DNA of 64,000 bases from Phoronis australis (GCA_002633005.1 NMRA01000219.1:119236-183235), one strand, 5' to 3'; numbered from the stretch's first letter, positions 23,193 through 37,900 are shown. Translations and numbers: made by a program. The notes: generated by a model from the sequence alone, not told the origin.

Positions 23193-24893
23193 CGGCCACG
23201 AACTAAAATATAAGCTCTATCGAGCGCCTTTTTAGAACTTTTAACGTTTTTTATCATAAAATACGCTGCACATCCGTGTATGTTTCGCAACCATCAAGTA
23301 TCTGCTGTGCAAACATATTGAATGTAAATTGCATGAAGACAGGCAAAATAAATGAAAGTGCAGCTGCAAAGTGCATTTTAAGTGTGCTTAAGCTGAAAGT
23401 GCGTTGCAGACTCCCTAACTCAGAGTTTAATGAAACGCTTCTCTCTTGCCGCCTATATACTGATACAAGACCGGTTACCAGTGGTGTAGTGGGGCGTAAG
23501 CGCACGTAGGCGCAGCCAACCACCTTTTTGCTTTTCAACGTAGCGCCTACCTACCGTAAGCTACGGTGAAGTGGCGTAAGCGCACGGAGTTTTTCATTTT
23601 ATCGTACCAACCACATTTTTACATTTTAACGTAGCGTCTACACGCCGTAAGTGACGGTATAGGGGGGTTGTCTCGATACGATAGCTTACGGCATCCGGAT
23701 TGCGCTACGCTGACGACAGCATTGTCCCTGAACATTCCGGCGCACGCCACCACCAGGCATACATGTATGCTCACCGAGTAAAGGAATTTTTATTAATATT
23801 TCAAGATAAAGAAACAGTTAGAGTGTCCCACCATATAGGTGGATAAAGGGGGAGGGATGGCGAAGGCCGGCCCCGAGGAGGACACACCCCACGGCGACTA
23901 AAAATCGTCGCCAGCATATTGCTTCTGAGCGTTACGCTCCCATTTTCCTTTACAATTGTGTTGGGACCCTTCAGAGACCGCCTGGAATGCACACGGACCT
24001 AATTGCCTTCGAATATGTGTGGTACTGAGGACCCTCTTTCTCCGACAGTGAGATCCGCCACTGCAGAATTTACGTAAATACCCACTCGTGAGTCAAAAAC
24101 AGTAGGTTAGTCAATCTTGCGTTGGCGGTAACGGAAATGGAATTTTATCGCAGTAGCTTGGACTGAATGGTCCCACTATGCCTCACATGAGACCGATTTT
24201 ATGAGAATAAAGGACTCAGCCCAAAAATCGAATTTGATTTGACTAATTCGAGTCCGTTTAAATTTAAGTACTCAAACAAGGCGTTAAGCAAATTTGCGGA
24301 GTAGCAAAGCTGACGTTTCACATATTACATGTGGGTGGAAGTCTGACTACGTAGTCCGTCCAAGTCATTGAGTTTTAGCCGACTTCTTTGCAATAAGGTC
24401 ATTCCCTTGCGGAGCCGCGGGCCACGTGGTACACAAAGAACCGCGCACGAAGGGCTAGGACGCATGGAGTCACGAGTGGAGAACGCGACATGAAGCCAGC
24501 CCTATTATTAAGCTACGGTTCAGTGGAAATCAGTAGAAGATCATAATCAAATCATTCATGAGGTATCATGTGCTCATAAAAGATTTCGACTCAAAGTTGA
24601 TAAAAAATCTATCATGCAGGGCTTATACCTGACCGCGGCTAAGCATACATGTAGGTCGTGAGACTAAAAGTTTACGGTGAAAGACTTACTAAATTTTTAA
24701 CATTTTGTCATTTGTCATTTTTTTCTTTTTCTTTTCATGTAAAGTCCATTGTTTAAAGAATTAATTACTTATTCATTTTCATTAATGAATCGTTTTAATT
24801 ATCATTTTATCGTATTTATAGGTATTTTTTGGCTGTTAAACTACTGGAATCTTCAGATATCTTATAATAACATAAGTAAAAGAGAAGCTTATA

Positions 24894-25321
24894 TCGGGAT
24901 TTTCTGTGGATAACCCCACACGATGAAACCCCTATGGGCGTTTATTTGGTGTCAAGTGTCAAATAGTGGGGCGTTAAGTGTCCAAATAATGGGGCGTTAA
25001 GTGTCCAAATAGTGGGGCGTTAAGTGCCCAAGGAGCGTCAAGTGCCCAAATAGCCAGTGAGGCGTTTATTCGGAAAATGCCCTCGTAAAGCCCACTCAGC
25101 GTCAACTTTTTGTCACAAATTGAGTTTTGTGGAGCATTTATCACTTGTAAAAACGAACAAGTTGTTGACGAACTATGCATTTATACACATAAAATTTAAA
25201 AACACAGTTTTTAAGTCGTATGCCAAAGTTTCGGCAAAAAGTCCCCTCTTTTCCAAATAAACACCTGAAATTTTTCATTTTCCAAATACACACCCATGGG
25301 CTTATCTACGGAAAATCCCGG
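24894..25321 (+). mobile_element. Tc1/mariner-type MITE, copy 2
   Basis: TA|TCGGGATTTTCTGTGGATAA ... CTTATCTACGGAAAATCCCGG|TA; short internal tandem of CAAATAGTGGGGCGTTAAGTG (about 3 copies). Confidence 0.8.
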
Positions 25322-25916
25322 TATAATAAGTACATCTGAGTGCAGGTCTACGTGGCCGGAGTAGAACAATTACTGTATTATAGAAGAGATCACTACATTA
25401 ATTAACTGGCTAAAATGAATTGAGTATATCGGGATTTGAAAACTGGTGATTTTTCAATTGTTTGGCATCTTAAAAATTGAATTCCTCGGGGAAACGTTAT
25501 GACCATTTTTATCCTAACTTGAAGAAACATGACAAGAACTGAGTTAGGTGGGTAACAAAAATTTGTTCTCTGGTAAGTGAATGCCCGGCGTTACGTACGT
25601 GGTACTGAAACGGTAGTCGGCCAGTCGTTACTGCTGGACAAAAGAGCACGCGAACGCTTCATAATGAACCAGAATCTGCAGTTGAAATCAAACGGGAGGT
25701 TTTGATAACCACCAAATTTTTGTCATATTTAAAGAGAATTTTCAGCGTGTGTCTGAACGGTTCTCGTGACCCATCAACTTGAACCAGTAAGGCCGAGTTG
25801 GGAGATCCTCGTCTCAAAACTGCTCACACTTCAACACAGACTAAAACACTAAGTAAAGTTTTCATTGCTGTGCCACACAACATGATAAACATTGCCAGAC
25901 GCAAGCACGCGATCAA

Positions 25917-28900
25917 ATGTCCTCTAAAATTTCTCGGGAAAAGTTCAACTACTTTTGTTCCCTGCAAACACAAGAAGAGCTTACAATACCGGAAAATGAT
26001 AAGGTAACTAGAGGCTCATACTGTTTCCTTATAACTTATTTTTTTCTTGAGTTGGTAGGATAGCCAAGCAGTACAACAGGTAGGCAATGACCATCGCCTC
26101 TGTTGGCCCGAAGCAGAGGCGATGTAGAGGCTATACTGGCTATAGGCGCTCTGTACGCCGGAAGCTTTTCGGCGAATTATGCCTCGCACCGACTAAACCA
26201 TCAAAGTCACGTTGTTATAAATACCTTTTGCGTATAGAGGAACACCTTAGGAGGTTGTCGATGTGTTCAGTCCTTCCAACTCGAACAAATACTCCCGTTG
26301 GCGTTATGAAACTTTTTCTTCGAGCAGTCCCTATTTCAGTTCTCATAATCGTGAAATCAAAATTTTTGTACTGTGCACGCTCCAATTTTTACCGCGCTCG
26401 CTAGGTGATGTGACTTCATCACCTCAATTTTTAAATAGGCCGAAGGTGAGCCATTGTGGTCTTGTCAGTCAAATGTTCGTTTCCGAAATGCCACCACTTA
26501 TACTTGTCTTTAATTGGCGTTACTTGAAACTGTTTGTATTTCAATGAATTATTGTTTGTATTTGATAAAAATAAATGCTGTTGATATGACATTTAATAGT
26601 CTTTGTGCACATATTTGACATTTTAATGTTTTAAAACAACACGGCAAATGCACGGCTGGTTCCCGGCAGCACGTACACAAAGTTCGCCGGTAGGATCGCA
26701 ACATCTGACCTTCGGCCTGGTTAAAAAAAATGAAAATTTTGTTTTCACGATTTTGGGAACTGAAATAGGGGCTGCTCGAAGAAAAAAGTTTCATAACGGG
26801 AGTATTTGTTCGAGTTGGAATGACTTAAACACATCGACAACCTCCTAAGGTGTTCCTCTATGCGCAAAAGGTATTTATAACAACGTGACTTTGACGGTTT
26901 AGTCAGTGCAAGGCATAATTCGCCGAAAAGCTTCCGGCGTACAGAGCGCCTATAGCCTCTGCATCGCACCTGCTTCGGGCCAACAGAGGCGATGCTCATT
27001 GCCTATACAACAGGCAACGTATAATTTCAATACAAGTTTGACAGGGCAGTTTCACATAGACTATAGATAGGGACTGCCAACTCGAGTATCTATGGTTTCA
27101 CGGTGTTCATGAATTTGGTTACCATGTACAAAAACTAGTGCAATATCTAGCTTGTACCATATTTCAGCTGTGCAGTGTAAACAAAAAACTCCTGTTGGTA
27201 AATACTGGTACTCATTGCTGCTGGTTGTGAGATATAGACCTAATTCATGCTGACAGGAGGCGCGTTCCAAATCGAGGCTCGCTACGATAGCTCTGTTGGC
27301 TTATTGGCAATGTTGTATTCCGCGTTGCTCGAACGGCTAGATAAATACGGACATTTAAGTGTCTGTTTTACAATTCCTATAGACGTTGAGATTCGGAAGT
27401 GTTGGGTCGTTTGCATACGCCGCAACGAAGAAAAATATGTCCGTCGTGTAAAATTTATAAATGATTTCGAAAAGTTAGATCATATTTTGTCGCATCTCGG
27501 TTGCCGCTGCCGGAGCATATCATACGAACGACCGGAGAATCTTCGGCCATGCAGCCAGGCTGTTTTCACGACTACGGATTGAAGCATGGTGCATTTTTCT
27601 TTCCAAAAAGGACAGGGCATTCAATCCCTCGATTTTGGGGCCGAATATCGTCCCTATTCCCCTGTCAAAAATAATGAAAAATCACGCGAAATTCCCACAA
27701 GTCTTAGAAATTGTCCTAGTGAGTGAAAATTTCACTCCCACGAAGTTCAAATCACCTGTAACCACACATGTGACAATTTGAAAGCGCACAGAATGCTACT
27801 TGAGACAGAGTCTATGAGAGCTTGTAACAGGGCAGGGGTGCTATTGATGGTGATCGGGAGGCAGATTTTCCCCTCACTGGGCGAAAAAAATCCCATCTCA
27901 GATTAAGGCACAGGCATCTTATTCCCCTCCGTCATATGAACGAGGCCCCTAAAGGCGGAAACGTGATGACTATGCTTGCTCCGTCTAGTTAACTGAAATT
28001 GAGCTCTAAAACGAGGTTATGCTTTGGATGAACAAGTTAAGTGTTATAATTTTAAAATTCAACTTGGTCCAAATTGATATTTGAAACCTAACACCTGAAA
28101 TAGACTGGGGGAACGTAAGAATTATTAAAACCAAGAAAGCAGAATTGATGGTCAAATAAATTTTATTTTCATTTATGAGCCTTGTTTTTTATTTTAATAA
28201 AAATATATTTAATAACATCAATTATTCTGTCAGATCAGTGACAAATCCGAACTGTTAGTCCTGGTAGTCATTACCTCACCAGGACCAAGGCTATGCTTGA
28301 TGTTAATATTCTTGATCAACAAATTAAACCAGATGTGACATGACATCAAAATGCAATGAACCACCACTGTCGAATATATCTTCAACTCGTGAACAATACG
28401 AGTAGATGACCTGGTTCGTGTAGAAAGCATTATCAACTATTTACAAGAAGAAATGTAACCCTGCATTCACCATAATACCTAATCCGTAACAAAGTACTAC
28501 GAATGCTGCAATTTGGTCATATTTACTTTTATATTTCAAACTTAGTTTTCCGAAAAAAATTATATCCTTTCGTCCTCTCTGGTGCATTGACTTGTTCTGT
28601 AATGTATTTTTCTACGTCTCTGTGGTTAATTGTTGACACATTTTTAAGATTTAATATCCAGGTTGAACTCGCGCAACGTCAACTTCCGCTTTGTTTATTG
28701 CAGTGAGCCTTGCTTTGGACTTAAATGTCCGCCACGTGAATTAAGTGTATATACTAGTAGTGAACCTTGATTAAGAGAACCATAGTAATGGACCCCATAT
28801 TCAGGGATTACCTGGATCTTTGAATCAGGGTTCTCTGTATCTGACCAGTGCCCAATTTTTAAAGTAAGTACCCTGTAAATACTGCATTTGATCACTGTTA

Positions 28901-31900
28901 ATTGGATTGACTACTTTCAGCTTGGAAGCTGCAGAAGCGTGTCGGAGTTTGAAAAACTCAACAGAATTGGAGAAGGAACTTATGGAATTGTTTGTAAGAT
29001 GGTGTGCATGTGTTTGTGATTTTATGGAACTTAGCTAAATGTGCAAAAAATAGATAACTACAAAATACAGCACTCGCACCTATTCTAAGAACCCTCTACC
29101 CATTGCATGAGAATAGCTTAAGAGGCATAGATACACCAAGACTAGCCTAGGTGAGATGCCTCACCCCAGCCAAGCAGCCAGTCAAGCCTATACTTAAGGT
29201 CATGCTCAAGTTAAGTGAGGGTGTAAACCTTTGTTAGAAATTGTTGCGTCTAGTTCTTTCCATGGAATTAGGTGTATTGCATTGGAAACACAATGGTTAT
29301 AGTAATGTGCTGTCTTCATGTGATGGGGGTGAGTGTCTGTGGTTTGTAAAGGCAACTTACAAGCCATGCTTACTTTAGAGTCCTGAAACATGTTCCCGTA
29401 GATGTCCAGGAATAAGTTACTTAATTATTGCTTCAATATTAAGATTTGCTAAATTGTATTCCATATATCCAACTGCTGGTCTCTGTGATGTCATTATCTA
29501 TTAAGTTTCCAACAATATCTGGCATACTGTAGGTATCAGGGATAAAGCTGTTTAAAAATGCATTTCGCCCATTTAATTGTTAGTACTTAAAAAACGAAAA
29601 TTGAATCAGGCCTTTATTCTCATAAAATCAGTCTCATAGTATTCTTAACCGTGATAGGATTCCATGTCTCTTATCAACAAGAACATCAAAACCATCGGCA
29701 ACTCGAGAATTCCATAAACTTAGGAGTTTGAAAATGATGCAAGTACATTGTCTATGAATTGAGTTGATGAAGGAAATAGAATCTTGTGCCATTAAGGAAT
29801 ACAAGACTGATTTTATGTGAGTAAGGGGTCCACTTCAATTTTCACTTTTTTGCAGGACAAATGGAGCTTTAATTGAATGTTTGAGCTTTGTAACCTCATC
29901 CAAAGATTCAGATTTGACAAAATTGGACTCTAATTATTCTTCAGTCTAAATAGGTGTGGTTTCTGGGTTTAGAAAGAGTTGTCAGTTTGCTATTGCCGGA
30001 GACCACGCTCTGTAACTGTTGACTTGTCATGCTGGGCCAGTTAATACTTTGTTATTGCCTGAAACCACACTGTACAAGTTGACTTGTCACACAGTGTCAT
30101 TTTATTCGCTGAATATGGTCTCCAGCAATAACCAGATATCAGTTCTTTGCAAGACCAAAAATCCTTTCTTATATGAATGATGAACAGGCTGAGACCAATG
30201 TTTAGCCCTCAATAAGTGGCCTAAATCAAAATTTAGTTGCCACTTTAAATTACATACCTCAGTGACAGTCTTTTTGGTTACGTTTCCAGACAGAGCCCGT
30301 GATATGGTGACAAGAAAGATTGTTGCTCTGAAAAAGATGCGCATGGAGAATGAGAAAGATGGTGAGTCATGACTTCATTTCAAGACTGCTTTGCTCTTGT
30401 TTAGTCTATAGATCGCAGTGTTTATTGTTGGCAGAAAATGTAACTCTGACTACAATTATAGTTTCAAATTTTGTCTCCTGTGGCAGTAGTCACTTTAATT
30501 AGTGTTCCTTTCGCTGTATGTCATAACAGTCTGTTGTTCAATGTTACCGAACAGTTTATCTTAAGTCCCATTCACACTCAGCCTACCCTAGAACAACTTG
30601 CACTAGTGCAACTTACCTCACTTTCAAGTGGAGCGTCTGCACGCACGCATGCATACACACACATCTGATAAACGGGGTAAGGCAGAAGTTAGAAATTGTC
30701 AATCTGTGTGTGACAATGAACAGCAAATTTGCATACGGGCAGAAAAGAAGACCGGTTTGCATATAACCACAGCTGATAATTGCTTCCACCTTACCCCATG
30801 TTTGCAGCCAATTACAAGTAGTGGCACAAGTTGCCCTAGAACAAGTTACCCCACCTTGATAAGGTGGAGTAAGTTGTCATAAGCAGGGCAAGTTTGTGTT
30901 TGGATTGCACTTCAGCCTACATGTAATGTTTTCACCATGTAGGCTCAAGTTATACAATAAAATTGTACTAATTCCATGTGGTCTCCACTTCAAATAAGCA
31001 ATTCAAGTTAATGTTCCATTTTAAAATTTACTTCATATCACATTTTACCTGGGCACAGACGGAAATATTTTTTGGAAATAAAATGATTTTGCATGTCAAC
31101 TTGAATAAATACTACTTACAATTTTACATTTCCGATGCCAAGTAAGAAAATATGTGGCTTTTGAAAATGTGTTTGATAACTTTGTTTTTTAATCTTCAGG
31201 GTTTCCTATCAGTGGACTGAGAGAAATCAACATCCTTTTGAACTTGAGACATGTCAATATCGTGGAATTGACAGAAGTTGTAGTTGGGAAAAGTTTGGAC
31301 AGGTATACTTACTCAAACTGCTTCATCTTTAAAGTCAAAGTGGGAAGTTTGTAATAAAAAAACTGTGCTGGGGTACATTCCTAGTATTAAGTAAACAATA
31401 TAATTTTGAGTTTAGATCTTTTCCTATAAGATCTTAGAAAAAAATGATACAGCAAAGTGTTTTTAAGGTATTTTTTCCATATATGGCATGTATCCTGTCC
31501 CAAGGGAGCAAACTTGGAATACTTGATAATGGAAATCCACACAATGTCCAAGTAGTTTGAGGCTTTTTATTTCATGCAAAACTAATTATTGTATAATTAT
31601 GTAACTAACACCAGACTGCATAATTGCCATGTATCAGTCAGGGCTTACAATGCCTCGCAGAAGTTGTTTGACTGGAAGCTTTTCAATTGTTCAACTTGAA
31701 GAAGTTTAATTATGGACAAAAGAAAGGATTATGCACTTAGATGAGGGAGTTAGTGCTTAGACTTAATCTTATTTTGCACCTTCAACAACATCGACAAGTT
31801 ATATTGCAGGCCAGTCCTAAAATTTTGACCGACATTTTTTCCAGGTATATTTTCTCTATTTCAGTTTGCTCACTATGCTACTTGACTACATTTGTTGGTA

Positions 31901-34900
31901 AGAGAGTGCTGATTCAGCTTTGCCATTGTCAACTTTCAACTTCAGTTCGGTAGACATCAATTTTGAATGTCCACAGCTTGATTTTGTACTCATCAAAGTA
32001 CATGTTTTCTGAATCATCAACAAAAATGCCTCGATAATTCCATTCCGTTTCTCTCACAGCATCTTCCTGGTGATGGAATACTGTGAACAAGACCTGGCCA
32101 GTTTACTGGACAATATGTCATCACCATTCTCAGAGTCTCAGGTAGCTGTGACAGTTTTTGTGCCTCACTGTTCTATCTGTAAAGCTGGTGTTACATAGAG
32201 TTCATGTCATGTGACTGCATCCCATTTCTGCCTTCTTTTCATATGAAGCAATGCAACTTGTGTGAACAACGCTGTAAGAAGCCACAGGTGATGACATAAA
32301 TGTTCAAACTATCATCATAATCTTGCATGTCTTCCTAATATGTAAAATTACCAAGGAAGAGAAACAAATTTTTTTCTGTTGCAGAACAGTGATGAATTGG
32401 TGGAATTAAAATTGATATCATTTCAGGTCAAGTGTATCATGCTACAGGTGTTCAGGGGTCTGAATTACCTCCATGACCATTTTATTATTCACAGGTAAAT
32501 TATCGTTCTGCTGTAAAGCACTCAGTGTTATGTCTGTCTGCCAAACATTTCTGCATTTTTATGATGTCAATTTTTAAATGTTTTTGTAACATTAGGGAAG
32601 TTTTTAGAAATGAAGCTAAATCTAATCATCGCATGTTATACTTTAACTGTTATGTTAGTAATACTGCACTGTTCTTCACTTATTTAGCTCTCAATATGGC
32701 CAAGTAATAAAATCCTATTTTTTTCAAATTTTTCCTCAAAAATAAAGATAAAGAAGAATTTAGTATTTTTAGTAGCAAGGTTTGTACTGTGTTGATGCCA
32801 TAAAACAACGCTTGGTGAAGTTTTCTTTATGAATGTAATTGGCCTGTAAAAATGGAAAAATTACAATTCAGCCAATTATTTATGTGTGGAATAAGTGGTG
32901 AGTTACAGTAAATCTAATTATGAGTTTTTCAGGTATAGTTATAAGAAGTCACTTCGGGTTATAATTCATGTGTCTGAAATGTTTGGATGATAACATGAAG
33001 ACAGATACAGAATTTCATTTCAAAAACTCCCTTTTTGTTTTGAATGAAACATTAATCCCTATTTACAAGACTGCGCTATGAGAGGAATAGAATCTGTTGA
33101 TTGTTTCTTGATTTATTGTAGGTTGAATCACTAACATTTCTAAGTCTGGTTAGCACGCCGCCACATCATGTGACCTAATGAATATATGTGGCCACAGGTG
33201 GCGTGCCGATCAGACTTAGAAATGTTTCTTGATACCCATTTCCACACTTGTGTAAGATTTTGTAAATTTCTATGTATGTTGAATGTGGTGATGACCCAAT
33301 TGTTACTACATGTGCTTCAATCAGAAAGTTCCACTTAATTTGATTTTGTAATACTCTCTGCTTTATCTGACTTTAACCCTTCCTTTTTAATTGCAGTAAC
33401 GTCACCCTATTATTTTTTACATTGTGGCTGTAAACCTAACTCTGTCGCACTGTCTCTTGCTCCAGGGATCTCAAGGTGTCCAATCTGTTAATGACTGACA
33501 ATGGATGTGTAAAGTTAGGTACGAACCTTTACTTTGCTCCTCTGATACTTTAGCGTGTTTCTGTCGATTGCATCTTGTATGAATTTTCACTTCTGTAAGC
33601 CTGAAAACGATTTTTGTCCTGATGAGGTTTATACCCGGTAGGCTTTGATATCTAGGCTTGCGCTGTAGTGCACTGAGCTATACATTAAATCCAATCGGGC
33701 TTGTTTCAATGCTTCTCCTTAGAAGCTTTGCAAGTTTTTAATGTTTAATTCAGCATATATTTAGAAATGTTCAGTTTTCAATGGGAAATATTCTAAATCT
33801 GACTTTCACGGGTGTGGCTCACAGCAATAATTAAATATCTTTCCCAGTCACAGTGGATGCAATGTGGCCAGTGGGATAAGTGTCCTTTGCCGTTACTCAA
33901 GGTCGTGTATTCGAGTGCCACTGGGGCACACTGCTTGACCCTTGAATCTGGGTCTCCAGTTCCTCATCTCAGTTTCAACTGTAGGTTAATAAAGCATAAA
34001 AATGGTTCCAGGTAATTAGTGCAATGGGCCCACATGAGCGACCCGTGCATGTCTGGTACAACGTGTATCAGATCACCTGCAGTTATTTTTTTCCCAGTCA
34101 CTTCACTGTCCTGATAATAATTGCCGCTTGCTCTACCCAGCAAATGAATGACCTTGTATTTTCAGCTGACTTTGGACTAGCCAGAAAGTATGGCGGGTCA
34201 CAGAAAGCGATGACTCCTAAAGTGGTGACATTGTGGTATAGAGCACCTGAGTTACTACTGGGCTCAGAGACACACACTACTGCTATTGACATATGGTAAG
34301 CAGGACTTGTGGTTTTGATGGTCAAGGATTGGATAAAAATGTCTGCCTATAGTGCTTTTAGGACAATGTGTGCAAGAGAATGTCATTTAGTTTATCTTAA
34401 TATTCCCTATATTTTGTATTTTGTGATTTTAAGCAATGACTGTGATAGATAGGAATCTTGAAATTTCTAGTTTGTGAATTAGTTTTTGAATTACTGTAAA
34501 AAATCCTTGATTATTCCTTGTTCAGGGCTTGGAATTTTCCGCGGAAATGCGGATTTCCGCTTTTTTCAAATGTTCTTTCCGCGTATTTTATCACATTTTC
34601 GCGTAAAAAAAAATTGGATTGATATAAAATTTCCGCGGCAAATGTCTTTCTTACCGCCGCGTTGCCGACGACTTTCACCTCGAGAAACGGAAGTTGCTCT
34701 TTATGTTTCGGAGGAACGTAAATTGTCAACATTGCCGGGGCATCTGGGATAGCATGGTGGATTTCCTCAATGGCGGCATGGCGGCTCGTGTGATTGTAAA
34801 CCGCGGTGACAAATACTACGACTCTGTAGCCAAAAAATGTTGGGAGGGGGGAGTGGCAGACGAGCTAAGACAGACGCAGACGCACGTTTCCGGGTGGTAC

Positions 34901-37900
34901 CGTTTTTTTTTTTTTAGTCCTCTCGATTTTGGTCAGCAAAAGGTCCACACCGACCTTTTTCAAGGTTGGCTGCGCGCATGTTTCGGGCCGTAAAAATTTC
35001 CGGGTTTTTCGCCATTGGTCATTCCAAGCCCTGCTTGTTAAAAATTCTGTTGACTGTTGTAGGCTTTTAACAGATGTGTTAAGTTTTTAAACTGTTTTGG
35101 TGCATTCACGATTAGAACTTTCGTCCCATTTTCAAAAGCATACAAAGCGTACTCTCTATAGTTGGAAGTCATGTAGTGGGACGGGAACAGTTGATAAACA
35201 CTTTAAAAAATCAATTCAAAACAAAGAGAACATCCTCTGAGCTAGTGTTAAGAGATTGTCATGTCAAGGACTGTGTCATGTGAGCTTAGTTTGAGAACAC
35301 CGTTGCAATTAAACTTGCATAAGACGGATACAACCGAACATAGAGATTCTACATGAGTAAGGTGAAATCCTACTTTTCCGAAGGTCCTAGTATATAACTA
35401 CCCCAACCATTCTGAAGAGCATTGTTAGGCGACAATCCAACTGATGTATGTCGAACTAATGTAAGTCGCACGGCAGTCTTGCATGTAGTAATAAAGTAGT
35501 GTAGATAAATTAGACTTCTGGTGACCTACACCTGCCTGTTGCACCATACCAACAGGACATATACAGGAGATAGTTGAGTAGCATGCGCCACTCCTCACAG
35601 AATTTAGGAAGTATTCCTCGGGGAAAGGATTTGCCATGAAGAGTGCTTTTGCACTTTTGAAAAATGTTGATTATGAGAAATAGTCCCTTTGGCATTATGT
35701 GATGCATATCTGTAATATATCTTTCAAGTTGTACATGGAGCGGCCAATCAATTCAGCAAGCATAATTAGTATATTTTCAAGTCCAGTGTCGTTACAGTTG
35801 CCTTTATAAATTGTTTTTGTACATTGTTTTGATTACCTTTCAGGGCTGCAGGTTGTATTTTGGGTGAATTATTTGCCCATCATCCTTTGCTGCCTGGAAA
35901 ATCTGAACTGGATCAAATTAAGCTCATTATTGACATGTTTGGTTCACCTAATGAAAGCATATGGCCTGTAAGTGTACTGTAGACTAGTGTTTTTTGAATA
36001 AATTGTAATTTTGTAACCCTTGGTATTTAAGGTTTGTTGTGTGATATTTTGAAGTTTCTGAGAATTGACATAGTCTTCCTGTGCGGGTAGTTAAATCAGC
36101 ATGAACTGTACTTGGTTGACTTCAGGAATGAGGTGCTCTGAAGCGTTGTTTTTGTTTTTAATCATCCATTGAAAGGTTCATCTTGGAGTTTAAAAGGTCA
36201 TCTTGATTACAGAATAAAAGGGGTTCATAATACTGCTGTTATGAAAAGCCTTGCTTGTTATGAGGAAGTCTAGCGATGCTAATTGCTAAGAATGATCTAT
36301 TCAAACCAAGCTCCTTGTACTTTCTTTATACTTAAAAAAAGCTAGATCCCTTATTTGTAAGTTCTCAGTACTGTAATGAAGCTATAGCAAAATTTGACAA
36401 AGCAGTTAAAGCTACATATCATTATGTTTATCTGGCTAATCAACTAAAAGTGAACTAGGAATATGAGGCAATTTATGAGAGCAAATGGCCTAATTCAATT
36501 TTCATTATTTAGCCAGCTAAATGGTGTGAAATGTAGCTTTAATTTTCAATTGAGTTATTCTGAGTATGATGTGTTAAATGATTCTGTCATTGGTATTTTA
36601 AGGGATATTCAAAGCTTCCGCTAACAAATTCAATGAACTTGAAAAAGCAGCCGTAAGTATTACTTATCATTGTCCATCACTAGGCCTTTGTATATCACAT
36701 TTCTTTAAAAATATAAAATATAATAGGTAAATAAAACAACAACAGTGAGTAATGGATCAACTGAAATTTTCGTATATAATCACATCCTTCGTTTCTGTTG
36801 ACAAAGGATGTGATTATGTCCAAAAATTTCAGTTGATCCATTAATTGTTGTTCATTTACCTAGTATATATATTCTACATTTCATCAAACAATATCCTGTA
36901 GAAGATATGGATTGCCTCTTTTAGTTTCAGACTTATTTTCAACTTTATTTAAAAAGATGTAATTTTAATGTTTTTCATCTGTCTTTTGAGTTATTCATTA
37001 TATATACATATATTATAAAGCTGCATTTTGCCCTGATACACTGGCCAATAGTGAATTAAGTCAAATTGGGCCTTTTATTCTCATAAAATAGGATAATGTT
37101 CCTTGCCATGAGATGATTCCATTTTTGTTACCAACAAGAACATCAAAGCCATTAGTGACTCAAACATAAGAATTTATTTGTGATTCACCAGTCATTAATT
37201 CATTAATTCAAATATGGCACATGTACATATTGCATGTGACTGTAGTGGAAGTGGAATTTTTTCGTGGTAAGGAATGTTTTAAGACCAAGTTTTAGGAAGG
37301 GCTTAATTCAATTTTCCTTTTTGTAGCCAGTGCACCATGACACGGTGTAACTTTAACTAATATAGAATGTCCATCTTATAAGCTGTCAATTAAGGAATGC
37401 AAGTATGATATCATGTAAATGGTCTTGTTTTTTAATGTTGAGTAGGAATTGGGAGACACTGATTTTGAAATTGTGTTTGAAGTTTGAGCCTTGTGTCCTG
37501 GTTATGTATAGACCTTATTCACGCAGTCGCCATTTTAGTTGTGAGCCTCTTTTTAGGTTTTTAAAAAAACAATGCATTCTAGATAGAAATATAAGGAGGC
37601 ACGCGAAAAAAATCACGCTTTGCACTGTGATTTAGTGCTGAATGCATTGTTTTTAAAACCTGAAAAGAGGCTCACTGTTAAGATGGTGACTGTGTGAATA
37701 AGGTGTGTCAAGGGAATCTTATCGAGTTTATAAAACTTAGATGTTATTTAATCTGTTGCAGATACAACAATCTGAGACACACGTTTAGTTGGTTATCTGA
37801 AGCAGGACTTAGACTACTCAACTTTTTGTTCATGTATGACCCCAAGAAAAGGTAATCCTGAATTGTTGTGCTTTCCTCATGTTATTGCCATTAATATAAA

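Noticed and set aside
23479-24063. CAGTGG...CCACTG-bounded element downstream of the orphan ORF
   Set aside because: It looks like fragments of more than one repeat; the TIR match is short and no TSD is identifiable.
26087-26999. Pair of similar ORFs on opposite strands ([10 protein letters not shown] / [10 protein letters not shown])
   Set aside because: These are translations of the two TIRs of the MULE, with no transposase motifs.
27582-27977. Possible hAT-like MITE in CDK10 intron 1
   Set aside because: Only a weak AAGCATRGT inverted match and TTCCC-rich interior, with no TSD found; too uncertain to call.
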